Program-made: the position numbers and the translations under genes
Notes under the pieces: model-generated
Databases searched by the model: none
Told to the model about the DNA's origin: nothing
What the model saw: the letters and a program-made list of their open reading frames with translations, nothing else
NCBI RefSeq assembly: GCF_001194135.2
Contig: NC_069002.1
Location: 30,215,938 to 30,260,509 of the forward strand
Direction of reading: 5' to 3'
DNA length: 44,572 nucleotides
From: Octopus bimaculoides
Taxonomy: Eukaryota
Shown: piece by piece, positions 12,426-23,900 of the stretch
Layout of the letters: each line of letters opens with the position of its first letter
Position numbering within the stretch: position 1 is the first letter of the stretch

Positions 12426-12616
12426 CAGGGTGTTCATAAATTATTTTTACAACTTCCACAATTTATTATGGACTCCATTACTTCCAACCAATGGAATCCA
12501 TGAGGAAATGTTCTCATGTATCTAATAAAACTTTATTTCCTTGCCTACGATTTCCAGTCAACTTTGCTGAGTTATCCTAATTTTTCAAATTGTAAAGATA
12601 ATTTATGGACACCCTG
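12426..12616. mobile_element. Tc1/mariner MITE (CAGGGTGTYCATAAATTAT TIRs)
   Basis: cagggtgttcataaattatttttacaa ... ttgtaaagataatttatggacaccctg; the TA flanks are eroded. Confidence 0.7.
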
Positions 12617-12732
12617 TGTATGCATGTGTATTTATATATGTGTGTGTGTGTGTGTGAGTGTGTGTGTGTTAATGCATGACATTAGTAAACCCAATGTTTT
12701 GTAAGTGAAACTCCAAAAATGCAATAAATATT

Positions 12733-12952
12733 TTTTTCTACTCTAGGCACAAGGCCCAAAAGTTTTGGGGAGGTGGGGTGGCTGGTTGATTAGATTGACC
12801 CCAGTATGCAACTGGTACTTAATTTATCGACCCCGAAAGGATGAAAGGCAAAGTCGACCTCGGCGGAATTTGAACTCAGAATGTAAAATTCAGACGAAAT
12901 ACCGCTAAGCATTTCGCCCGGTGTGCTAACGTTTCTGCCAGCTCGCTGCCTT
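12733..12952 (-). mobile_element. SINE family B copy
   Basis: Reverse complement of the family B body. Confidence 0.85.
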
Positions 12953-13367
12953 AAAATGCAATAAATATTGTTATCATACAGACTGAATAATGTCTGCCTT
13001 TTGGTCAGCGTCATCAGAGCCTGAAGAGTGTGTGTATGTATTTGTAGGTGTCTGCTTGCTTTCATTTCCTCATGTCTTTTCAGTGATGTCAACAACGTTT
13101 GTATACGTTCCATATGAACAGTTCGGTGGTATGATGTGCAAAGACCAGCAGAATAAAGTACGTCATTTTTAGAGTACAAGTACGAACAAGATGGCATTAG
13201 GGAAGTAGGAGTCGAGGGGGGACAGGCGAGCAGGGCCTCCAGCCATAGAATACAGTCTTTGATAAGTCTTATGCAACCCATGCCAGCATGGTAAAAGAAT
13301 TAAAAGCAATGATGAGGGAGGATGATGATGATGAACATGATGATGGTGGTGGTCGTGGTCGTGGGAA

Positions 13368-13400
<33 letters not shown>

Positions 13401-13445
13401 AAATACATTTGTAAGAAAATATAAATGTGCATATCAATTATGCTG

Positions 13446-13483
<38 letters not shown>

Positions 13484-13960
13484 TACAGATATAGGGTAAA
13501 ACTTAATAATTAATTGATAATTAGTAATTTTACCAAGTAGTTCGGTGTGTTAAAAACCATTATCGGTAAATGTATAAACACAATTTAAAATTTAGGGTTC
13601 AGCAAGTATTGCTTCACCACACACCGAAAATTAGAAATAGCAGCCAAAAACTACTCTCCCTCTACTAAAATACAACTCCCCCAAAAATTGTGTTTATATA
13701 TATATATATATATAATTTAAAAATAGGATAAAATCTTTATAAGAATTTATCAAGTAGTCAGCGTGAAAAACCCCATAAGGGAAAAATTTATTAATGATTC
13801 CCTTTAAATATATTTATGTATACACGTTCGGTAAAATGTGTTTATTATGGTAGTTTTGACTTTAAGAGTCCCTCGTAGCGTGAGGCATTTATGTATAGTA
13901 ACGCCCTTAATATAAATAAATAAATAGATAGATAAATATCTGTGTATATATATATATACA

Positions 13961-14291
13961 CAGTGGTGTAACTAGGGTAAACTGTGCCCAGGGCATGTTG
14001 CAAAAATGTGCCCCACCCCCACCCCAATTACAAAATCTATAATATTATTTAGTACTTATTTCTTACAAGTAATTAATTAATTAATTAAAGCAATATTTTA
14101 GGGACAAATACTTTACCAGGGCTCATTTACCTACCGGTTCGGTATAGCCTGTAATTCAAAATATATCTTATGAATGTTTACTTTCATAAATTTCATAAAT
14201 GGAGTTCAAGCTAATCGTATTATGGTCAATTCTGTGCCCCACCCCTTCACTCGGCGCCTGGGGCACATGCCCCCCACCAGTTACGCTACTG
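13961..14291. mobile_element. Non-autonomous DNA transposon with CAGTRGYGTAACT TIRs inserted in a TA microsatellite
   Basis: cagtggtgtaactagg ... ccagttacgctactg, with GC-rich subterminal gggca/tgcccc motifs. Superfamily not assigned. Confidence 0.6.
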
Positions 14292-14485
14292 TATATATAT
14301 ATATATATATATATATTCTATAATAGTATGTTTATATATGTACACAGTTACAATTGGCTTGATATCATTTCAGTCCGTTAACTGTGTGCACATACATGTG
14401 TGTACATATATATAAATATATTTATATACACACACTGACACATACATATATACATATATATAGTGACAGGCGTCTAACATTAAAT

Positions 14486-14751
14486 ATAGTGAAGTAGTTG
14501 TATGCTGTCAACTTAATGTGAAAGTCCCTTGAAGGGAATAATACTACTGTTGGTGAGACCTAGGAAGCTGCATCGCTTCCTGTCGGCCTTGATACATTTC
14601 CTATGTCCTTGTAAACATAGGGACACAAGAAATGTGTCAAGGCCGACAGGAAGTGGTGCAGCTTCCTAGGTCTAACCAACAGTAGTATTATTCCCTTCAG
14701 GGGACTGTCACATCAAGTTGACAGCATGCAATTACTCCATCATATCACTAT
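14486..14751. mobile_element. Almost fully palindromic fold-back element (MITE-like)
   Basis: Arms of about 115 bp (14493-14609 and 14620-14736) are reverse complements with scattered mismatches around a 10-nt loop; outer atagtga/tcactat. Confidence 0.7.
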
Positions 14752-15183
14752 TGCATAAATCTCTATGAGAGATTTAGAAATGTATTATTTCTAAATTAAA
14801 TATAGTGTTAAAAATTTATGGTAGTATTTATTTCTCACCAGATGGAGTATTCTTTGTTGATCTTACCATTATGGAACAGCACATTATATATATATATATA
14901 TATGTATATATATCTATATATATATATCTTTATATATGTGTGTATGTATATATGTTTGCGTGCGTGTGTATAACTGTCTGTGTCTGATGATAAGGGTACC
15001 GTCAATGTTGCCACCGGATTATGAACCTGCTTTTAATGCTACAGCATCACGTGATGGTTGCGTGGTGAGCTTAATCCATTGCAAGGCTAAACCCATAGTA
15101 ACCCACAATCTGGCGCCTGGGTGTCGTTTGCAGGGTTCACTCTGTTGCAAACATTCAGATCAAGGGTTCAGTTTTAGGTTAAC

Positions 15184-15273
15184 TCAATGTTTTGTCGTAT
15201 TGTCCCCTATGGTAGAACTTATGCCCACGAGGCATGGTTTCTACACTAGGGGACAACACGACAAAAATATTGA
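15184..15273. ncRNA. Pre-miRNA-sized imperfect hairpin (candidate only)
   Basis: Stem of about 35-45 bp with internal mismatches and a 5-nt loop (15226-15230). No other copy was noticed in the window. Confidence 0.3.
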
Positions 15274-15598
15274 ATCCTACCCAACATTCATCTCTACAAG
15301 TCTTTAACGTCATATAAAAAAAATGGTCACAGAAGGTTTTGCCCTTCTCCGTCTTAGACTAGGCATAACAAAAAAAAAATGCAAACAAAGAACTAAGTAA
15401 TTTCCATAGACAAGAGAAAGTTTTTGGCAAGATGATAATATGTCTTGGATTATAAACTGGGAGATCATGTAATGTAGTGGTGTTCATGCCATTTCCCAGA
15501 AACATAAGTGAAGTGAAATGGCTTCCATCAGAGACTGAAACCATATCAATGTCTTGGACTGCCAATGTCTTACTGTTATTCTGCAAATAATTGCAGAC

Positions 15599-15604
15599 TT
15601 TATT
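15599..15604 (-). terminator. Candidate polyadenylation signal AATAAA of the 345-aa ORF
   Basis: Plus-strand tttatt about 115 nt downstream of the stop codon. AATAAA is common in AT-rich DNA. Confidence 0.4.
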
Positions 15605-15718
15605 TTTACATTAATAGAATATGCAAGTAAAAACGATTCTATTTTGATTCAACAAGCATCAGAACCGAACCTTCCAATGAGCAAAAGGGTTGCCAAGCAG
15701 TCGGTCTAGATCGAATGT

Positions 15719-16756
15719 CTATTTGTCTGAATTCTTGCCTGTGGTTTTAGCAGAACCGGTTGCAGTCGGAAGATCCTTGCAAATAAAGTCACGGTCAGAT
15801 ATGCTATTTTCTGAAGAATCCTCCACACAGACATCGGATACAGAACCGCTCCATTCACTTGAGATGGTTCCAGCATTTCTAGCCTTTTTCGTGATACTCA
15901 CAATCTTTTCCTTGTCCTCTTCTTCGCTCGACCCCCATTTAAAATGGCTGTGTTTTACTGATTTATTCATGACAGACAACATTTTCGCTTTCTCGTCCCT
16001 TTCCATTTTAGATTTATCCCCTCTCCCCCCAGCAACCTCGCTGTCGGAAACACTGCTGCTGCTACTCTGGAGTGCCTGTGGTGCTTTCTTCCTTTTAGAA
16101 ATCAGAGAAATTTGGGCAGCTTTTGCTATTTTCTCTTGGCTTTCTGTAGAATCTGACCCAGAACTGATCACTTTCCGTATTCTGAGAGCAGATTTCACAA
16201 TGGCATTGTCAGAATTATCTGAAGATTCTAGCGATTCGCTTAGGGGCTTTTTGGCAGAATTCTTAGTATGGACCTTCTTTAAAATCAATTTCTTTGCTTT
16301 CATTACTGATTCCTCAGAACTATCGAAGGATTCTGATGAGTCAGAACCCTTTTGTTGTCTTTTCGAAGAATTTTTTATCCGTTTCTTTATTGCTTTTTGT
16401 TGCTTTGTTTTGGCTTTTGTAAAACCATCACTCTCTTCAGCGCTTTCAACAAAAGCACTCTCTTCCCCGCTGGTGTAATTAGGATCATGATTATAACGAT
16501 AATTATTAACTACAAAGTCATTAACAATTTTACGTGGAATAAGCGAACCCATTCCTTTCGTCGGCATGTCTTTAATATTGTCCCAGACATCTGACCTCTT
16601 TGGCATAGAAAATTCTGGCTTGTTTCGTCTCCGTTCAGAAGAACGACATCCTTCAGAAGATACAGATTTTTTTGGAGTTTTTTGCAGATGTTCTTCAGCT
16701 GAGGAATCATTCTCAGAATGTGGAGTTTTCATGGAACAATTCTTCTTAACATCCAT
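15719..16756 (-). CDS. Uncharacterised 345-aa Ser/Lys/Glu-rich, probably disordered protein encoded in a single exon
   Basis: Uninterrupted ORF of over 1 kb with no microsatellite or N. First ATG at 16756 (the track start at 16792 is TTG), TAG at 15719-15721. Flanked by a 3' splice site at 17051 and AATAAA at 15604-15599. No family recognised. Confidence 0.65.
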   Translation of the reverse strand: MDVKKNCSMKTPHSENDSSAEEHLQKTPKKSVSSEGCRSSERRRNKPEFSMPKRSDVWDNIKDMPTKGMGSLIPRKIVNDFVVNNYRYNHDPNYTSGEESAFVESAEESDGFTKAKTKQQKAIKKRIKNSSKRQQKGSDSSESFDSSEESVMKAKKLILKKVHTKNSAKKPLSESLESSDNSDNAIVKSALRIRKVISSGSDSTESQEKIAKAAQISLISKRKKAPQALQSSSSSVSDSEVAGGRGDKSKMERDEKAKMLSVMNKSVKHSHFKWGSSEEEDKEKIVSITKKARNAGTISSEWSGSVSDVCVEDSSENSISDRDFICKDLPTATGSAKTTGKNSDK

Positions 16757-17050
16757 ATTTGAGAATGTTTTCCTTCCTTTGATTAAAAACAACTTAATAT
16801 ATATATATATTTTTTTTTTTAAGACTGGAATTCAACTATTTTGGGTTTTTTTCGTTTTCTTCTTCCAATGACTGTGTTCATTTTTTTTGGTTTTGAATTT
16901 TTGTTAAATTGAAGAATAATTTTAAATACAAGAATTTAATATCTTAATTTTTTTTCTTATACATATTTTGGTTCCTTTCTGTCTCAAGTGACCATTCCAA
17001 ATGAGTGAAGAACTAGAGTGAGTTTAAGATGGAAGTTCTTTGAGCAACAC

Positions 17051-17085
17051 CTAGAAAATATGAAATATAAAAAAAAGAGTTAGTA
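17051..17085 (-). promoter_or_regulatory. Branch point and 3' splice site opening the exon that contains the 345-aa ORF
   Basis: Minus strand reads TACTAAC (17085-17079), then tcttttttttatatttcatattttctAG|G; the exon would start at 17050. Confidence 0.7.
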
Positions 17086-17196
17086 AAACAAAACATTTGA
17101 TTAAGTAGCAGTTATAATGGCAATTAGTTGACACCTAAGTCTAGAATGAAGGTGTTAATAATTAATTAAAAATTCTAAGTTACAATAAAATCAATA

Positions 17197-17625
17197 GGCG
17201 TAGGAGTGACTGTGTGGTAAGTAGCTTGCTTACCAACCACATGGTTCTGGGTTCAGTCCCACTGTGTGGCACCTTGGGCAAGCGTCTTCTACTATAGCCT
17301 CGGGCCGACCAAAGCCTTGTCAGTGGATTTGGTAGACGGAAACTGAAAGAAGCCCATTGTATATATGTATATATATATATATATATGTATATGTATGTGT
17401 GTGTATAAGTTTGTGTGTCTGTGTTTGTCCCCCCAACATCGCTTGACAACCGATGCTGGTGCGTTTACATCCCCATAACTTAGCAGTTCGGCAAAAGAGA
17501 CCGATAGAATAAGTACTAGGCTTACAAAGAATAAGTCCTGGAGTCGATTTGCTCAACTAAAGGCAGTGCTCCAGCATGGCCACAGTCAAATGACTGAAAC
17601 AAGTAAAAGAGTAAAGAGTAAAGAG
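17197..17625 (+). mobile_element. SINE family A copy
   Basis: Co-linear with 35722-36132. Confidence 0.85.
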
Positions 17626-17892
17626 CAAGAGAGAGAGAGGGAGAGATGAGACAAATGGAGTGAGAGTGAGTGATAGTCAGAGATGCTAGATGTAGCTAAG
17701 CTGTAGTGTGAGATTTGACTCAGGAGTGGTAGCTGCTGTTTCAATCAAAATCAAACTTCAAATTTCTGCCATTATTTTTCCTTAAGTTTAACGATTTCAT
17801 TTATGTATATGTGTGTGTTTGTGTCTATATATATACATGTATGTATGTATGTATGTGTGTGCGTGTGTGTACATATGTGTGTATATAATATA

Positions 17893-18059
17893 GATGTGGC
17901 TGTGTCATAAGAAGTTTGCATCCTAACTATATGGTTCCAGGTTCAGTCCACAGCATGGCACATTTGGCAAGGGTCTTCTACCATAGCCTAGGGCCAAGCA
18001 AAGCCTTGTAAGTGGATTTGGTAGACAGAAACTGAGAGGAGTCCATTGTATGTGTGTGC

Positions 18060-18101
<42 letters not shown>

Positions 18102-18240
18102 GCACACATGTGCATGTGTGTGTGTGAGTGTCTGTGTTTGTCCCCCACCCCACTACTTGACAACTGGTGTTGCTGTGTTTTGTCGCCTCTAACTTAGTGG
18201 TTCAGCAAAAGAAATTGCTAGACTAAGTACCAGGCTTAAA
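17893..18240 (+). mobile_element. SINE family A copy, diverged
   Basis: Same head, central block and ttagtggttcagcaaaag segment. Confidence 0.75.
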
Positions 18241-19245
18241 AGTATCCCCCTACCTAAATCACACATCCATTGTATGTAATGTCCTAGATTATCCCTAAAA
18301 AGACGGTTTGCTGAAGACTGGAATGTCTTTGATGTTACGTTTGCAGCATCAAGGATGATTTGAGGCTAAATAACAACAAAATTATGGTAAATTTCTATAT
18401 TAACACCCGCATGATTTTCACTAAGAAAAAAAAAACAACAAAAAGTTTGATTTTTTGCATGGAATCAAGTACCCTGACCTCCTAATACGCTGTGATCCCT
18501 CCATCAAATCAACATTGCTTTCTCCTATTTTTCTGTTTTATCATAAACTAGCAATGCACCCTGGTGTTACCCGTGTGTTATGACCTACAGCCATATTGTA
18601 TTATTTGTTCCTTTTTTGTGGGCAGAATCAGCACATGAGGAGTGTGAAGCAAACAACTCTTCTTTATAAACATGTTTTTCGGTCATTTTCTGATGAACAA
18701 TGCTGCAGTTTCTATGAAATTCAGTCACAAGTCTGTGATTGGCCTGGAGCTATAATAGAAAACACTTGCTCAAGGTACCATGCAGAGGGACTGAACATGG
18801 AACCATGTGGTTGGGAAGCAAACTTCTCAATCACACAGTCATTCTCACACCTAATATGTTTGTGTATGTTTACATTTGTTGTTAAATCGAGTATTGCGTC
18901 TGGCAGAGTTGCTTCTTTTAGCTAAAGACCTCAAAATTGTGTGACCCAACCTCATTTTTGAGGTTATTTTTGTTGTAAAAGAGAGTTGTTGCACAAAAAA
19001 ACATACTTTATTTGGTAGCTGAAAGATTTTTGATACCTCATACGTCAAAATCGGCAACTCAGTTTTCAAATCCATAAAGAACACACACACACTAACTGTA
19101 AAAATAGGTTTTTCCATAATTCTCAATTTTAATACGTATTTTGACTCACATACAGCACTGTGGATACATAATAATTGTAATACTGGAATAAGTAGTTGTG
19201 CTTCAAGAGGAAACAGCTGGGATTTTCCCCAACTCATTTATATAA

Positions 19246-19276
<31 letters not shown>

Positions 19277-19902
19277 CGTTGTCGTCGTTTAACGTCCGCT
19301 TTCCATGCTAGCATGGGTTGGACGATTTGACTGAGGACTGGTGAAACTAGATGGCTACACCAGGCTCACAATTGAGATTCAGTTGAATTAGGTACTTAAA
19401 TTGAGACACGTCGCTAGGTCAGAATAACATACACATACAAAAATATTAAATATCAAATTTCATTCATTACTACCGGCCAAATGATATGTAGACAGACCCA
19501 GCTGAGTGTAGAAATCCGCTCTTAGCTATTGAGACATGTACTTTATATTAAATATACAGTCCATAATATTTACGAAGGGCAGATTCCAAGACAGGTGAAT
19601 GAAATATAAGTGACAGAGGGGTACAGGTGTCAGTTCATTACGGCTGTTTCCAATGACTCCTTTAATTGATTAATGCAAACATTAGATCTTTGTAAAGAAA
19701 CCGTTTACATCAGATGAATTCATGAACTTCAAAATAAAGGATATTCAGAATGATTTAACATAGTTTAAAATCCACAGACCAAAAACAGCCATAATGGATT
19801 GACACCTGTAACTTTCTGTTACTTATTTATACATATATATATATTTCGTTTTGGGATTTGGCTTGCAAGATTCTTTATGTGAGTTCGTGTGTTGAAGCAT
19901 AT

Positions 19903-20083
19903 TCTGTTGTGTCTGGGGAGAGTCAATTTATTTTTGTGCCTTATAATTTAACACACTCACAGGTAAAATTTCCACTTATTCCTTGTTTTTAGTTTTAAAA
20001 ATAAGGAATAAGTGGAAATTTTACCTGTGAGTGTGTTAAATTATAAGGCATAAAAAAAAATGGCTCTCCCCAGACACAACAGA
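19903..20083. repeat. Long near-perfect inverted repeat (arms about 89 bp, 4-nt loop)
   Basis: tctgttgtgtctggggagag...ccacttattccttgttttta / taaaaataaggaataagtgg...ctctccccagacacaacaga. Confidence 0.9.
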
Positions 20084-20848
20084 TATATATATATATATAT
20101 TCTTTTCTTTTCAAAGTTTCAGCTCAGAGCTGCGGCCAATATATAATTATGTGTATTTCTTCTATCTTAATGAATAAAAATTCTTCTGATAGAATAAATG
20201 GGTTAATAGAAACCAATGTAGCACAGAACACAAAATAATTGTGGTTTAGTTCCTGTTTTTAAGGCAGGAACTCCTTGAANNNNNNNNNNNNNNNNNNNNN
20301 NNNNNNNNNNNNNNNNNNNNNNNNNNNNNNNNNNNNNNNNNNNNNNNNNNNNNNNNNNNNNNNNNNNNNNNNNNNNNNNNNNNNNNNNNNNNNNNNNNNN
20401 NNNNNNNNNNNNNNNNNNNNNNNNNNNNNNNNNNNNNNNNNNNNNNNNNNNNNNNNNNNNNNNNNNNNNNNNNNNNNNNNNNNNNNNNNNNNNNNNNNNN
20501 NNNNNNNNNNNNNNNNNNNNNNNNNNNNNNNNNNNNNNNNNNNNNNNNNNNNNNNNNNNNNNNNNNNNNNNNNNNNNNNNNNNNNNNNNNNNNNNNNNNN
20601 NNNNNNNNNNNNNNNNNNNNNNNNNNNNNNNNNNNNNNATATATCAAAAATTTTAATTTAAAAGAGAGTTTTGACGCTGATATCGATTATTATTGAAATT
20701 TATTCCTATGTCAACATTTCTGTATAAGGCTGTATTTAACTGTCAAATTCAAGTCAAACATATAATTTACCTTACACATCTTCAGGGAAAAAGGTAAAGA
20801 ACAAAAAGTAAACACCAAAAACATCGTCTCTAAGTCCAGTTCATATTC

Positions 20849-20974
20849 AAATTTCTCCTTAAATAACTCGTTAAATAAATAAACAAATTTCTCCTTAAAT
20901 AACTCGTTAAATAAATAAATAAATTTCTCCTTAAATAACTCGTTAAATAAATAAATAAATTTCTCCTTAAATAA
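20849..20974. repeat. 36-bp tandem repeat, 3.5 copies
   Basis: Unit aaatttctccttaaataactcgttaaataaataaat. Confidence 0.9.
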
Positions 20975-23900
20975 AAGTAATATCATCATATGAACAAAGG
21001 ATGGATACTGATGCGTATGAGTCTGTTTTCTGGAGAAATGAAGCAGCAAATTTACTTTATCATGTCTTACTCATTTTGCCCCAAACAAATTTTTGTTTTA
21101 CATGCTCAAAGGGAACAGCGATGATTTTCTGAAATAATCATCAAATTATGTTACAATGCTTTAATACATTTAGGGAATGCCATGTGCTTCGCTGATAAAG
21201 TTTTTGAGAGGTTGTGAACGTTTGTAAAAAAATATATTATGTGTCAAAGTCAAAAATGCCTTAAAAACACCTCATTTTGACCTGTTACACACACACATAT
21301 AATATAATATAATATAAATAAAGTTAGATAAGGTCGGTTTATGAGATTACTCTACGCTTCACGTCTACAAAGCGCTAACCTTTACGGCGGGTATCTGATG
21401 ATGCACTGCTATAAAGCGCTTGAAGCCCAAGGTAATCCCATAAACAGGCCGTATCTGTGTGTGTGTGTTAAAACGGCGGTGCCCCTGCATGGCCGCAGCT
21501 CTTGAGCTGAAATTAGGAAAAGAATATATATATATTTATGTAAGATCGCCACATATATATAAAGAAAAGTTGTATTCCCTATGAAATCTATATTTCAATA
21601 TTTCCCGCCAAGAAAGACGTTTTGTTTTTGTTGATGGTTTTTTTTTTTAAACGGTAGAGCGGAAGAATTTCTTGACACGAAGGCCAATATTTCTTCGTTT
21701 GTTCTGTCATTCCATTTCCATCTGGTGACAGTCTAATTATTATTATTACTGTTACAGTAGGAAATTATATTTGTTTCACAGACCCAGTGAGCTTTTGTCA
21801 ACGTATACATAACATTTTCATTGCAATATCGAGATCAAAGTGTGCACATACCACAAATAGAGTACCCTTGCTTTTACGGTCTTTAAATTATTTTATAAAA
21901 ACATCCAACTTTATATATAACATAGAAATTGTGCCAAACGATGAGAATATAGTGATGTATTTTTAATTCGCCAGATATTTTGAAGAAGCCCTCGGCACTC
22001 TTTTTAGTAGTTTGGCTTAATGACAATAGCAAACGAACAAATAATAATAATAATAATAATCATAACGGACAGATTTTCCAAAATTGCATTCGCTGCATTT
22101 TCATCAAGTAACCTTGGCAGTGTTCCTCATGTGATATTCAGTCGGGCAAGCTGGCCCTCCACTCATTCCTATGCACCAACTTGGGAATTAAATGACGTTT
22201 TTGCGCACCATTTCGACACAGATTCACGTAACTAAATTTAAAATGGCTCAGATTTTTCGGTGTATAGCAAGAATGTCCAGAATCTAGTCTGGGGTTGACA
22301 ATATTAAATTTACGGATGAGGACGACCGGCCGTGGGACAAATTCTAACATAAGACCGCAAAAACGTAGTCAAAAGACATTTCAATTTAAAAGTGAGGAAT
22401 TATAATTTAAGACCGGGAAAAGCGCAGTAAAGAAATCGTTTGTAACTTGGGCCGAGAAATTATAGTTTAAGACTGGTAAGAGCAGTCAAAAGGCCTTAAT
22501 TTGAATTTAGGACCGTAAAGCATTGTTTATCTTAATACCCATTCACAGGAATAGAATTTGCAGAGCAAAACGCGAAATTCTTCTCCATGTGACCTCCACT
22601 TTGCATCAACATCGAGGTAGGTATTTTAGTCCAGTTCTGTCATTTTTAAAAAACAAACACAGAACAAATGGTTAAATAGCCAAGCCTGTTTGTTCTAAAG
22701 GACAACTAGCACGCCTATTTAATGTGTCAGCTTGTATTTGTTCTAAGTGGCAGACAAGACGACATATTTTTTTTAATCGTAAAACACGGAAGAAGTCGGG
22801 AGCATGGCTATACGCGGGTGATTGCTGTCCCAGGTGTTGCAGCGAAGAGGTGCGAGGGGAGACCCCTAACCCTCATCGAAATACTCTTTACCTGTTCCAC
22901 CCAAAAGTTGTAGCCATGCTGGAGCACTGCAAATAAATATCGCGCCTTCACGATGGAAATAGAACCCCAACCGCCTAGGTGAAATATTCTCATATCCACG
23001 ACCCAACAAATTCAGAAGCCTTCTTGGGCCCAGAACACCTGCGTGAGGAGTTGTGTGTGTGTATGTGCGTGCATGTATGATATGTGTGTGTGTATATATA
23101 TATGTGTGTGTGTGTGTATGTATGTATATGTATGCATGTATTGTCAATAAAACATATTTCGGAAAAGAAGCCCATTAAAGAATAGCGCAGTAATTATTTA
23201 AGCAAAAAGTTAAATTCTGGTCATATGTGAGCAGCATTTTTCAATTTTGTTTTTGACCACGCCCGTGGGAATTATGGGGTGAGAGGTGGAGAGGAAGCTT
23301 TTTTTTTTTAAATATTTTGAAAATTTACGATTGATTTTTAACACCCCCACCCCACCCCACACACTTCCGGACAGCTGTTGTTTTTAGCACATCCCACGAC
23401 CATCTGGTTTCTTTGTTACCTTTGACATGTATTCTTGTTTTTGTTTTTTTTTCAAATATTTCTCTCCTCATAAACACATTTTATGAAATGATCACGCAGA
23501 AGTAATACACGGGCTTTGTTTAGCCCAAGGGTGGTCCATTGCTGGGATTTAAGCAAAGAAATTTGTAATATAAATTTTTAAACCAACCCCTGTGCCCGGC
23601 GAGTCTGTATGCGCACGTGTGCGTAAGAAAAATCATATTTACTCATAGAAAAGTATGCTATTAAAATAAATTATCATATACATATTTATTTTTAAATGAC
23701 TATGGATAAATCCCAGGGATCCTTTTGGTTTGACGGGCAACATTTTTCATTAATATTTTATGTAGTGTTTTTGGTACCGAAACACTTTCAAACTTCGTAT
23801 ACTTGTATATTTTGTATTATAGAACAGATAAAAAAATTTATATTCGAAGTTATTTCATGTAAAAAGTTGTCTTATTTCGGTAATTTCAACCAATCACTGA

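Noticed and set aside
10060-12525. Long ORFs spanning N runs (also 20246-20661, 23925-24997, 29575-31077, 32262-32780, 36568-37351, 41389-41872)
   Set aside because: They are open only because N codons are not stops; the flanks are SINE or microsatellite sequence.
15690-16478. 262-aa plus-strand ORF
   Set aside because: Antisense shadow of the Ser/Lys/Glu-rich minus ORF. Splice and polyA signals favour the minus strand.
21395-21510. C/D box snoRNA (TGATGA ... CTGA)
   Set aside because: The C box lacks the leading purine, there is no terminal stem, and the D box lies in a SINE A tail remnant.
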